Virus record (IMG/VR): IMGVR_UViG_3300045988_149288
Reading direction: 5' to 3' (one strand)
DNA: 64,000 bases
From: a virus
The notes beneath the pieces were generated by a model that was not told the DNA's origin, did no database searches, and worked only from the letters and a program-made list of their open reading frames with translations. Positions 18,340-27,573 of this stretch are shown here, one piece after another. Made by a program: the position numbers and the translations under genes. Positions within the stretch are counted from its first letter, which is position 1, and each line of letters starts with the position of its first letter.

Positions 18340-19572
18340 TCATTCTTCAATAGTCCTTTGCACGTTAGAAGGTTCCAATTTTTTGTGTACAGCACGCTTT
18401 ACAGAAACAAAGCTCTTGTCATTGCGAGAAATACACTTGATAGCCTGCATAATAGCCCCTACATCGCTTTTATAGTGTGCTGTGGCATATTCATAGCGAG
18501 AACGCTGGTCTTCAACAGCCTTCATGGTTTCACGAGCTTCAGAGACGACTACTTCAGTTAATTCTGCTACCCTTTTACGTACGCTTTCGGCGTATTCACG
18601 TAATTCCGGGAATTCTTCAGGAATATACAAAACTTCGTCGTCAATCGGCTTGTAACCCTTTGTCTTGTCGACATTGGCATGGAAGAAATCCTTTTCACAG
18701 TCGTAAGCTACCCAGATATTCCATTCACTAAGGCATTCGAGCATTTTCGCAAGCTGGCACCATTCATCAGACTTTACCTTAATCTTGAAACCGTGTTCCG
18801 GGAAAGTGATAACGTAACCTTCCTGGTTTGACGGAAGCTTGGTTGCGATATTTCGAGCTTCATTGAAAGTATCGAATTCGTAAATCTCCGCCATCTTGAT
18901 TCCCCAAGCATTAGCATAGACACGAAGTCCGGTAATGTGTTCTTCTTCGTCAGTTTCATTATCGATAACAGCGAGCAGCACAAGGCCTTCGAAGTCATAA
19001 CGGATCGGATGGAAATCCTCGTTATAAACGATTTCGAACAGGTAGGTCTTCTTCGGGTTCAAGAGTTCCTTTTTGATATGCTGGTCAAACCAACGCTGTC
19101 CCCAGATTGCCTGGTCAGAATCGAAAGAACCGCCGGTTTTCAACTGCCAATGTTTCAGATACGGATTCCAGAATACGATACCCAAAGACCCGTCAACCTT
19201 TTCCATAGTATGGAAACGAATAGACTTCAGAATCTTTCGGATGTCAATCTTCTTCTGGTACTTCATGACCTTCTTTGCGAGTTCCGTCAGTTCGCCAGTC
19301 TCGCTGTCAATCAGTTCACCGTAGTTGAAGAACTTATCGAACGGACGAGCTACGATTTCGCCGGTTTCAGAATCGAAAACGATACCACGGGAGGTGAGAG
19401 TAATCTCATCCCAATCCGAAGTATATACTGTTTCTCGAGTATACTTGAAACCAACGAGCTTACCGTACCAGTGAGCTGTGATTCGTCCTTTTTCTGCCGC
19501 CTTCAAATACTTACGAAGCTTGTGCTTCTTCTGTATTTTCCTTAGCAGGTTCTTCAACTTTTCCGTTATCAT
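18340..19572 (-). CDS. rnlA: RNA ligase 1 (T4 RnlA-like)
   Basis: Motif I EKVDGSLG (KxDG); N-terminal RGIVFDSETGEIVARPFDKFFNYGE aligns with T4 Rnl1 [28 protein letters not shown]. Confidence 0.8.
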   Translation of the reverse strand: MITEKLKNLLRKIQKKHKLRKYLKAAEKGRITAHWYGKLVGFKYTRETVYTSDWDEITLTSRGIVFDSETGEIVARPFDKFFNYGELIDSETGELTELAKKVMKYQKKIDIRKILKSIRFHTMEKVDGSLGIVFWNPYLKHWQLKTGGSFDSDQAIWGQRWFDQHIKKELLNPKKTYLFEIVYNEDFHPIRYDFEGLVLLAVIDNETDEEEHITGLRVYANAWGIKMAEIYEFDTFNEARNIATKLPSNQEGYVITFPEHGFKIKVKSDEWCQLAKMLECLSEWNIWVAYDCEKDFFHANVDKTKGYKPIDDEVLYIPEEFPELREYAESVRKRVAELTEVVVSEARETMKAVEDQRSRYEYATAHYKSDVGAIMQAIKCISRNDKSFVSVKRAVHKKLEPSNVQRTIEE

Positions 19573-19786
19573 CTTTTTCTACCTTTTTCTTTGCACCGAC
19601 CTTATGGGTCTTGTCAAGTTCCACATGTTCGATTTTACAACCAGCTTCATATCTTTCCTTAATGAAGCTTTCAAGTTCACCACGAACTTCAGTTTCCGTT
19701 TCACCGTAACGCTTGAAAATAAGCGGTCCAGGAAGTCCATCGATAAAAACAATACACTTATAACGTTCTTTCATTACTTTTCCCAC
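19511..19786 (-). CDS. hypothetical protein
   Basis: 91-aa ORF overlapping gene ends. Confidence 0.25.
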   Translation of the reverse strand: MGKVMKERYKCIVFIDGLPGPLIFKRYGETETEVRGELESFIKERYEAGCKIEHVELDKTHKVGAKKKVEKDDNGKVEEPAKENTEEAQAS

Positions 19787-20442
19787 ATGGCATCGATTTT
19801 GACCAGTTCATCAATGCTTACGGGACGATACCATGCTTCCCAGCTAACATTGTTTTCAATCAACCGCATATCGTCCTGGTCAATAACACTGGTTTTATTG
19901 AATTCGTGTGTATGACCATGCACGACATAATCGATTTGACGACCTTCGTTGAGGTACTGGTTCAGAGCCGTAGGATCTCCGGAAGTACCATCATGTTCGT
20001 TAAGTGTTTTATCGTAGTTAAAATGCTGGAACAGATAATTCTTACCGTTATATGTCAAGAAAATATTGTCCTTTACCATTGTGATGTTCGGGAACATAGT
20101 GTCCTTAACCGGATAGAGCTTCTTAAACAACTGATAGTCATGATTTCCACGAATCATGTACATGTGCTTGAAATTCAACTTATTCGTGTAATAGTCACCG
20201 AAAACTTCGAGCAACTTGCTACCAGGAGTACCAAGAGTAAAGTCACCGAGAAAGATAACGGTATCATTCGGTGAAACGGTCGCATTCCACTGCTTAACGA
20301 TGTCTTCGTTCATTTCGTCGACTGTCACATACTTACGGGTACGGTCGAAATGATCTTCATAACTGGTACAAAGCTTTCGATGGTTAACGTGCAAGTCGCT
20401 GACGACAAAAATCTTTTCTGTATTAGGTAATTGTAAATCCAT
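19774..20442 (-). CDS. calcineurin-like metallophosphoesterase
   Basis: Motifs VVSDLHVNH, GDFTLG, RGNHD, GHTHE; start placed at MDLQLP preceded by TTATATTTGCAAT motif. Confidence 0.7.
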   Translation of the reverse strand: MDLQLPNTEKIFVVSDLHVNHRKLCTSYEDHFDRTRKYVTVDEMNEDIVKQWNATVSPNDTVIFLGDFTLGTPGSKLLEVFGDYYTNKLNFKHMYMIRGNHDYQLFKKLYPVKDTMFPNITMVKDNIFLTYNGKNYLFQHFNYDKTLNEHDGTSGDPTALNQYLNEGRQIDYVVHGHTHEFNKTSVIDQDDMRLIENNVSWEAWYRPVSIDELVKIDAMWEK

Positions 20443-20461
20443 ATTGCAAATATAATAAAAA

Positions 20462-20490
20462 TAAGGCATTTTGTAAATGCCTTATTTTTT
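20462..20490. terminator. bidirectional terminator
   Basis: aaggcattttgtaaatgcctt + T-run. Confidence 0.55.
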
Positions 20491-20655
20491 ACTCCTGAAC
20501 TTCGGCCAGTTATAACAAATTAGTATCAGAAACAGTGTTTCAAGAATTACGTAAACCATTGAAAACTGTAATTGTAACAACTTACAGAAAATGAACATTG
20601 TTACAAGTACCGATAAAAATGTGTTAATAACGAATAATGCGAATTTTTCCATGCT

Positions 20656-21771
20656 TTATTTATTAAGGTAATCTTCAATAATCTGCTCGTGATGGAAACC
20701 CATCTTCGGGAGGTCATTAACATCGAACCATGCAGCATCCTTGGCGTCGTCACCGGCCTTTGCGAGCTTCTTTTCCTTGCCAGATACCTTCACAGACACT
20801 GCTGTATCGATAATACGCAAGCGTGGGTCAAACATGTGGCTGTAGGTCTTAATCTGCTCAAACTTTTCAACCGGAAGGTCCAGGGACGTTTCTTCGCGGA
20901 ATTCACGCTGTGCTGCATGTTCCAAAGAAGCATCTGCTTTTTCCGGAAGTCCGGTTTCCTTATTAGTATAGTCGGTCGGATTAAAAAAACCACCGGGTGT
21001 GCAGAAGTAGTTCATGTAAGGCGGTTTCTTACGGCGAATCAACAGAACTTGGTCACTAGAAATACCGACAATATCGACGGTATTGGCGAACTTGCCCCAG
21101 CCCTGCTTCTTGTAGTTTTCAAGCCACTGCTTTTCGAGTTCTTCGTAATTGGACGGGTTCTGGTCATAAAGGCTGTTAGTCTTGATAGGCATATCACGGT
21201 CATCAGTCAGTTCGCCTTCTTTACGGATATATTCGAAAACCGGCTTGCTGATATACTGCTTCACATCCTTGTAATGACATTCAGGATTTCTGTAGAAAAT
21301 ATCACGAGCTTCGCTACTGGAAATATCGCCCTTGAGACCGAGATCGAGCAAAGAACAACCTTCACGCTTTTCGATACCAGTCGGAAGACCAGGATAACGA
21401 ACACAGACAATAAACTTGTAATTCTTCAAGAGACGGTCGCTAAACTTCCACTTCTTATCGAGCAATGCCTGCCATTCGTCTTCACCGATAACGATAGTAA
21501 TATCTGTATCTTCGGTTCCGAACTTGGAAGTAATGAATTCATAAGTTCTGTTATTCTGGATAAGAATAGTCGGATTCAACTTACGTGCCTTCATCGCAAC
21601 TTCAACCATAGCGGCACGTTCATTCACTGGCGTCTTGTAATTCTTTTCATCTGTATTGGAAACGATGACATAAAGTTCATCGCCTTTACGAACCTTCTTG
21701 CTCACAGCCTTGATAATAGCTTCATGAGCGTGTGTAATCGGATCAAATGCACCACCAATCAAATACTTCAT
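20656..21771 (-). CDS. bifunctional NMN adenylyltransferase / Nudix hydrolase (NadM-Nudix, NatV-like)
   Basis: N-terminal GGAFDPITHAHEA (HxGH nucleotidyltransferase); C-terminal Nudix box AAQREFREETSL. Confidence 0.8.
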   Translation of the reverse strand: MKYLIGGAFDPITHAHEAIIKAVSKKVRKGDELYVIVSNTDEKNYKTPVNERAAMVEVAMKARKLNPTILIQNNRTYEFITSKFGTEDTDITIVIGEDEWQALLDKKWKFSDRLLKNYKFIVCVRYPGLPTGIEKREGCSLLDLGLKGDISSSEARDIFYRNPECHYKDVKQYISKPVFEYIRKEGELTDDRDMPIKTNSLYDQNPSNYEELEKQWLENYKKQGWGKFANTVDIVGISSDQVLLIRRKKPPYMNYFCTPGGFFNPTDYTNKETGLPEKADASLEHAAQREFREETSLDLPVEKFEQIKTYSHMFDPRLRIIDTAVSVKVSGKEKKLAKAGDDAKDAAWFDVNDLPKMGFHHEQIIEDYLNK

Positions 21772-21772
21772 A

Positions 21773-22141
21773 TTATCTCCCAAAGAAATTTCCACAATGA
21801 GTTTCGACATCACCCATGACATCGCCCTTAACTGTAATGTTTCCGGCTTTTGTTTCTACATCGCCCATAACATCACCGCCAATTTCAACATTGCCAGCTG
21901 AACATTCAACATCACCGTCGACATCACCCTTTACAGTAATATTATGTCCTTTACAGGTACTGATAATGTCGCCATTAACGGTAATGTTGATAATCTTATC
22001 AGTTACTTCAATGGTCTTGGTACCGATAGTGATATTGTTACCATTGATACTAACATCACCAACAGGGTTATGAATTTTATGGCCATTAATTTCGATGCTC
22101 TTTACACCACCGAGACCTTTAAGAATATTCTCTTCAGACAT
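21773..22141 (-). CDS. bactofilin-like beta-helical repeat protein
   Basis: Repeats VKGDVDGDVE / IGGDVMGDVE / VKGDVMGDVE typical of bactofilin (DUF583) windings. Confidence 0.5.
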   Translation of the reverse strand: MSEENILKGLGGVKSIEINGHKIHNPVGDVSINGNNITIGTKTIEVTDKIINITVNGDIISTCKGHNITVKGDVDGDVECSAGNVEIGGDVMGDVETKAGNITVKGDVMGDVETHCGNFFGR

Positions 22142-22180
22142 AGCTGTTCCTTATGTTTTTACGAAATATAGTAAAAAGAA

Positions 22181-22200
22181 AGGGCTTTGTAAGCCCTTAA
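22181..22200. terminator. terminator
   Basis: aagggctttgtaagccctt. Confidence 0.5.
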
Positions 22201-22201
22201 A

Positions 22202-22474
22202 TTATTTTACTGTATAAGTTTGTCCTTCGTACTCAATTGTTCGCTCATGTTTCGGGTTCCTAACTTCTTTAGGATCCATCTTAAGCGAAAATCCGCTTGT
22301 CGTTTCCGTAGTAATCTTTCGGCTGTCATCTTTATATCCGAAACACGGTCCTGTTCCAGCAGAGTCGGCATTAGTATGCATATCTTTAATGACAATACAC
22401 GAAATACCGAAAACAAATGCAAGAATCAATAAGATGCACCAATGTTTTTCTCTTGAAGAATTCCACATTTTCAT
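22202..22474 (-). CDS. small membrane protein
   Basis: TM WCILLILAFVFGISCIVI. Confidence 0.35.
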   Translation of the reverse strand: MKMWNSSREKHWCILLILAFVFGISCIVIKDMHTNADSAGTGPCFGYKDDSRKITTETTSGFSLKMDPKEVRNPKHERTIEYEGQTYTVK

Positions 22475-22478
22475 TGTA

Positions 22479-22889
22479 TTACCTCTTTATAAATTTTTCA
22501 TAATCAGAAAGTACGCTTGCTTTGTATTTTTCCTTTTCAGCATTATAAATCAGCATTTTTGTATAAAGCCATTTAACTATGCTGAACGGTGACTTCAAAA
22601 TTATCAAACATAATTTGAAAAAGTTATATACAACAGCCATGCCGGTAATTCCTTCGAGCAGCTGCACAATCATCATGACAACACCCGTATTTACATAACA
22701 CCATGCCAGATAGCAGAAGAACGAATGTTCATGTAAATAACAGTTTCGCTGAGCACAAAGAATCGTATGCTGTTCAAGGTGCATACAGATACATGTTGCC
22801 GCAATTGTGATGATTATTGCCGGAAGCCAGTCATATAGGAATAAATCCAGCACATCATCATTGTCATCATCTTTATAATCCCAATACAT
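22479..22889 (-). CDS. membrane protein
   Basis: multiple hydrophobic helices. Confidence 0.35.
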   Translation of the reverse strand: MYWDYKDDDNDDVLDLFLYDWLPAIIITIAATCICMHLEQHTILCAQRNCYLHEHSFFCYLAWCYVNTGVVMMIVQLLEGITGMAVVYNFFKLCLIILKSPFSIVKWLYTKMLIYNAEKEKYKASVLSDYEKFIKR

Positions 22890-22891
22890 TC

Positions 22892-23212
22892 TTATCCCTT
22901 ATATTTGAAGTAAGTTCTGAATAACCACGGAGCCTTTCTAATCTGATTTGTCAGCTCTTCAATAGCACGATATGTAAAGACTTCTCTATTTTCGTCATCG
23001 ATTTTTACGGTATCGCCGTAATAAAGCTCATTGAACAGTTTAACAAATTCGTCATTAGAAAGATACTTCTGACGGTCATGAATTTCTACAAGTTTTTCCC
23101 GGACAGACTTTGCATTGTCTGTAACGACAGCATTTGCTGCACAGTATTGGGAAGTAAATACACCGATAACGACACCGACCAAAGTGCTGAGGATTATTGC
23201 CAGAATTACCAT
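22892..23212 (-). CDS. membrane-anchored protein
   Basis: N-terminal TM MVILAIILSTLVGVVIGVF. Confidence 0.35.
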   Translation of the reverse strand: MVILAIILSTLVGVVIGVFTSQYCAANAVVTDNAKSVREKLVEIHDRQKYLSNDEFVKLFNELYYGDTVKIDDENREVFTYRAIEELTNQIRKAPWLFRTYFKYKG

Positions 23213-23215
23213 GAT

Positions 23216-23776
23216 TTACCCCTTAAGCACAGTAGCATGACGGGAAGCTGTAACGGTTGTAAGTTCGACACCAGTAGCGTCAAAAATACTGAGCTTCGTA
23301 GAACTGAAAGAAACTGTAAAGTACGGATTCTGACTCGGCGCTTCAATCGTCAAATCCAGAGCACTAATGCCAGTAACCTTGACCTTTTCATAAACATAAG
23401 AACCATAAGGAATACTCGGATTCAGCTTGAACTGGTCGACAACAAGCTTGTCAAGCATATAACCATTCTTCAAAGCGTCAATCCAGAAAGCATAATCGAC
23501 GATGTTTGCTGCCTTGAAAACAATCGAGAAACAAAGATTAGCTGAATCTGTGAATTCACGCATAGCATCAGATTCACCCTTCGTATTTGCCGCCATCGGA
23601 GCACCGTCTACACGATTAACACGACTGCTAAGATGTTCACTCCAAGCATTAATCAAAGTCTTGTTAGCGATATACTTGGAATTCGTGTTTTCACCGAATT
23701 CAAAACGAAGTTTCATTCCATATCCGTAGTCACGGGTAGCAGTTTCTTTTTGAGGGTAGATTTGCTGGTTATTCAT
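23216..23776 (-). CDS. hypothetical protein (possibly virion structural)
   Basis: 186-aa ORF directly downstream of a 638-aa gene; upstream TTTACTATATTATAC + AAGGAA. Confidence 0.3.
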   Translation of the reverse strand: MNNQQIYPQKETATRDYGYGMKLRFEFGENTNSKYIANKTLINAWSEHLSSRVNRVDGAPMAANTKGESDAMREFTDSANLCFSIVFKAANIVDYAFWIDALKNGYMLDKLVVDQFKLNPSIPYGSYVYEKVKVTGISALDLTIEAPSQNPYFTVSFSSTKLSIFDATGVELTTVTASRHATVLKG

Positions 23777-23837
23777 AGTAGTTCCTTTTGTTTATGTGTA
23801 TAATATAGTAAATTCGCCTATAAATGTCAACCCAAAA

Positions 23838-23867
23838 AATAAAAGGCCGACTTGCGTCGACCTTTTA
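23838..23867. terminator. terminator
   Basis: aaaaggccgacttgcgtcgacctttta. Confidence 0.5.
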
Positions 23868-23899
23868 CCCATCACACATCCGAATTATCCACACACTTC

Positions 23900-25816
23900 T
23901 TACTTATCTGCTTCGGAGAACAGATTAATAAGCGTGTCCTTGCTCAACTGAGTCAAGTCAAGAGCAACTTCAGTCTCAGTATCGGAATCATCGACAAATG
24001 TAAAACCTGCTCTTTCGAGAATCGGCTTCAGGTCGACGAACGAACGACACTTGTTCTTGAGGTTCTCAATATACACGTCTGCATATTCTTGACTCGGGAC
24101 ACGTCCTCCTCCCTGGGTAAGGTCCATGAGATAGACTTTGTTGTCCACGATCAATGCACACTGCTTGTCGCGTTCGTTATCCACCGGAACGATGAATTCA
24201 GCGACAACATTGTTCGGGTCAACCTTTGCACTTACCCTGTATGCGTCATTCTTCTTTTTCTTTTGACGAGCGACGAAGAACTTAAACTGGGACTTTGCGG
24301 AACCATTGTACTGACTTACGGAAATCTTTCCATCCGGGCACTTGCAGTCGATGTAGAACAATTCTGTTGCTTCAGGGTCTGCATTAGTCATGTCGCCAGA
24401 GAAAATAATCTTATTTTCACGGTCAGTGAATGATGCGTTCCAGCCATAGCTACTACCGTTAATATCAGCCATATGAAGGTCGAAGTCACGAGTACCCCAT
24501 TCGTTACGCCAATAGATACCGACGATATTGTGATCGTCAGCCATATTGACAGAGGTACCGAACGGATAGTTACCGATGAAGTTTTTTTCTGACGTTGGGA
24601 CGGTCAGATTGATATTCAACGGATAACGAACAGTACATGCCTTACCCTTGATGGAATTGACAATGGAATCTTCGAGCATTCCATAGAGTACCATCAGGTA
24701 AGAATTCATGGACTGGCTTGTAGCCGGAGTGTCCTTGCGGATCCACATCTTGCCGTTACGAATTACGTACATCTTGCCGCGAGCGTTCTGGAGCTTAGCA
24801 AGAATACCTTGCATGAGAGTAATCTTCTTGAAGTTGGTGATTTCACCCTTTTCAAGACGAGCACGTACATCGTCCAGCTTCTTCTGTTCAGAAAGTACGG
24901 TTTCCCAGAAACCGGCAGTGAACGGCTTATGGTCAGTAACAGCCAAACGACGGATATGGTTAATAACCGATGAATTCGACTTCTTGCCAACAACAGCGGC
25001 CTTAAGCTTTGCTGCAGCCTTTCTGAAAGCTTCATTCTTGAAAACAGACGACTTACCAGCATCCTTCTGATTCTTGAATGCCAAGAACAGAGGCTTGAAG
25101 CGGTAGAAAATTGAAGCGAGTGCATGACACTGCTCTTCCGACAGTTTAGTGAAGTCGACGCTTTCAGCCTTTTCCTTAATCATGCGGATAGTCTTCTTGT
25201 CCTTGATGAGCATAGCTGCACCAGTAGCCTTGAAGACAAAATATCGAAGCATGTTAAACGGATCCTTACCGTAGAAACCAGTTGCATCCATCAGGGCGAT
25301 GGTTGCTTCCTTATTCTTAATGGTATCAATATCGAGACCATAGGTCTTGAAGCGCTTCTGTTCGGTAATGAAGCCAACAAGTGCGTTAACGGTTTCAGTT
25401 TCAAGAGCGATACCAGCCTGGAGCATCTTAACACAACGGTTATAGATTTCTTCGTCAGTTGCCGGCATAATCACCTTGAAAGAGTCATATGGGATTTCAA
25501 CGTCCGGAGCGTTGTTCGGAACGTATGTTTCACCCGTATAATCGGTTCCGTAGGTCGAGGCGTAATGAAGAAGTTGATCTACCAACAATTCAAAACGCGT
25601 CTTAGACGTGATGTCGGACCATTTGGCGTAGAAAGTCTTATTGTAATTTGTCTTCGCTTCAGCCTTGACCCAATCGAGTGCGAGCTTGGAACAACAATCC
25701 GGGTGGATAATCCAACCGTACTTTGCGGATTCAGCGTTGACATCTTCAAAAGAACGCTTTGAGTTACCTTCTGCCTTAGGCATGACATTGAACATTGTAA
25801 TCAACTTAAGATTCAT
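23900..25816 (-). CDS. large hypothetical protein (638 aa)
   Basis: long ORF with 100-nt leader containing GAGGAA SD; no recognisable motif. Confidence 0.4.
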   Translation of the reverse strand: MNLKLITMFNVMPKAEGNSKRSFEDVNAESAKYGWIIHPDCCSKLALDWVKAEAKTNYNKTFYAKWSDITSKTRFELLVDQLLHYASTYGTDYTGETYVPNNAPDVEIPYDSFKVIMPATDEEIYNRCVKMLQAGIALETETVNALVGFITEQKRFKTYGLDIDTIKNKEATIALMDATGFYGKDPFNMLRYFVFKATGAAMLIKDKKTIRMIKEKAESVDFTKLSEEQCHALASIFYRFKPLFLAFKNQKDAGKSSVFKNEAFRKAAAKLKAAVVGKKSNSSVINHIRRLAVTDHKPFTAGFWETVLSEQKKLDDVRARLEKGEITNFKKITLMQGILAKLQNARGKMYVIRNGKMWIRKDTPATSQSMNSYLMVLYGMLEDSIVNSIKGKACTVRYPLNINLTVPTSEKNFIGNYPFGTSVNMADDHNIVGIYWRNEWGTRDFDLHMADINGSSYGWNASFTDRENKIIFSGDMTNADPEATELFYIDCKCPDGKISVSQYNGSAKSQFKFFVARQKKKKNDAYRVSAKVDPNNVVAEFIVPVDNERDKQCALIVDNKVYLMDLTQGGGRVPSQEYADVYIENLKNKCRSFVDLKPILERAGFTFVDDSDTETEVALDLTQLSKDTLINLFSEADK

Positions 25817-25924
25817 AACATTTCCTCATTAAAAGTGTTAAAGCGAGAAGTAGTATTTATTTGCCTAAATTATAATGATATAGGAACATCTTTTGCTTTA
25901 ACGGGTTAAAATATAGTAATTATT

Positions 25925-25952
25925 GAGGGTTTTGTAAACCCCTATTTTTTAG
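25925..25952. terminator. terminator
   Basis: gagggttttgtaaacccctatttttt. Confidence 0.5.
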
Positions 25953-26133
25953 TTTTTTCCTTGGTTACTTTCTTCTTCAAGGAGTTTTCTGTTTCCAACG
26001 TACTTCCCATAAAAACTTACCGCTCGGATCGTGTTAGAATAGTTTAGGGATTGAGTTCTGTTTGACGATAAACAACCCGAACGGTCTGTATAATATAGCA
26101 AGTGCTTTGTCTGTTGTAAACCCTATATATGAA

Positions 26134-26162
26134 AAAAGTAGAGCCGGTAGACTCTACTTTTC
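26134..26162. terminator. terminator downstream of patatin gene
   Basis: aaaagtagagccggtagactctactttt. Confidence 0.5.
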
Positions 26163-26177
26163 ATTCAAATTCCGATG

Positions 26178-27053
26178 TTATCTATTTTTTATAAAATCCA
26201 AAACATCTTTTTTGACTGTTTCATAGTAGTCTTCCCAAATATTGATGACCGTTGTAAGATTCGAACTGCTTACGTCGTCCATCTTCAGCTTCTTTTTGTA
26301 TTTAGGGCAAGCGTTAAATACATATTTGTCGCCAAGTATCGCCTTCGCTTCGTAAATCGGAGATTTACTGGCTCGCGCGGCCCAATCCGAAATGATGTAT
26401 TCAGCCCAACCGACCAAGGACTTGTTTCCGGAATCAGTATTCGGTGTATCGAGACCGGTTCCGAAATTCAAAATCTTGATGTCCTTGTGGTTCTGCTTGA
26501 ACTGACCTGCTAAAAGAACGTCTGTACAGTTATTGGCCCACATGCCACCGTCGCAGAACGAATTTCCCTTATCATCAACAATAACGTCGAAATAGGTCGG
26601 AGCACTGCAACTTGTCAAAATGGCGAACCATTTATTTGTATCAGTATCGCCGAGGTCCCATACCTTTTCTACGGATTCTCCGTTCATGTATGTAACCGGG
26701 ATAAATGTCGGTTTCTTCCAGTCTGAAACCTTACCATTGAAATTCTTTTTCAAGAGAGCTTTCAAATTGGAATTATCATAGGTCGGACAGGACGGTTTCA
26801 AACGCTTATACCAGGAATACTTAGTAAAAATCTTGCTAAGGTTTGCCTTGTAGAGTTCGAAAAGGTCATGTGCCGAATATCCTTCAGAAAGACCGCCAGC
26901 AATGATAGAACCGGTACTTGTTCCAGCAAAAGCCGTTGACAAATCACCGAGTTTCTTACCGAGGTCCTGTTCAAGACGACACATAAAAGCTAATGGGCCG
27001 ATTCCGAGAGCACCACCGCCTTCAACTGAAATACATAATTGTTTCTTTGCCAT
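26178..27053 (-). CDS. patatin-like phospholipase
   Basis: Oxyanion GGGALG, nucleophile elbow GTSTGS (GxSxG), catalytic DGG in FCDGGMW. Confidence 0.8.
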   Translation of the reverse strand: MAKKQLCISVEGGGALGIGPLAFMCRLEQDLGKKLGDLSTAFAGTSTGSIIAGGLSEGYSAHDLFELYKANLSKIFTKYSWYKRLKPSCPTYDNSNLKALLKKNFNGKVSDWKKPTFIPVTYMNGESVEKVWDLGDTDTNKWFAILTSCSAPTYFDVIVDDKGNSFCDGGMWANNCTDVLLAGQFKQNHKDIKILNFGTGLDTPNTDSGNKSLVGWAEYIISDWAARASKSPIYEAKAILGDKYVFNACPKYKKKLKMDDVSSSNLTTVINIWEDYYETVKKDVLDFIKNR

Positions 27054-27093
27054 ATTTTCTCCTATACTATTTATAAGAGAAAAATGACCAGAA

Positions 27094-27573
27094 TTATGCT
27101 AAATTTTTCAATATCATGGTTTCAAGCTCGAAATCATTCATGCTCTTTTTATATTCAAAACTATCATCATGTCCAGAAAGTCTCGAATATGGAATTCCCA
27201 TAGAATCCCAGATTTTATGCTGCATAACTATCCAGCCATTCTCAGCATAAAAATCTTCCCATCTATTAAGAAATTCAATCAAATCATTTAGCTTAGATTT
27301 TGTCAGCCATTCCAACATTTTAAAGACATTATCTTTATGGTCAAAAATCATTATTGCACATCTGTCTTTAATGGGCATAAGAGTACATGTGACCATAATT
27401 TCAAACTTTTCTTCATCTTCATACCAGCTGAGTTCAACCTCAAATCGATTATCCTTATCACGAAGACAAATACTTTCATGGGTTTGAGAAGTATTTATAC
27501 TCATGTAATAATTATCTGGTTTAATTCGAAGAATATAGTTTTGAAAATGCTGAAATGTATATGCGTCAGACAT
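27094..27573 (-). CDS. hypothetical protein
   Basis: 159-aa ORF. Confidence 0.35.
   Translation of the reverse strand: MSDAYTFQHFQNYILRIKPDNYYMSINTSQTHESICLRDKDNRFEVELSWYEDEEKFEIMVTCTLMPIKDRCAIMIFDHKDNVFKMLEWLTKSKLNDLIEFLNRWEDFYAENGWIVMQHKIWDSMGIPYSRLSGHDDSFEYKKSMNDFELETMILKNLA

Noticed and set aside
18161-18343. 60-aa ORF between pnk and rnlA
   Set aside because: Purely hydrophobic low-complexity translation in an AT-rich spacer; more likely untranslated leader or intergenic (the 220-nt spacer contains hairpins but no tRNA-like cloverleaf I could fold).
20689-21819. 376-aa plus-strand ORF
   Set aside because: Exactly antisense to NMNAT-Nudix, which carries clear catalytic motifs; shadow ORF.
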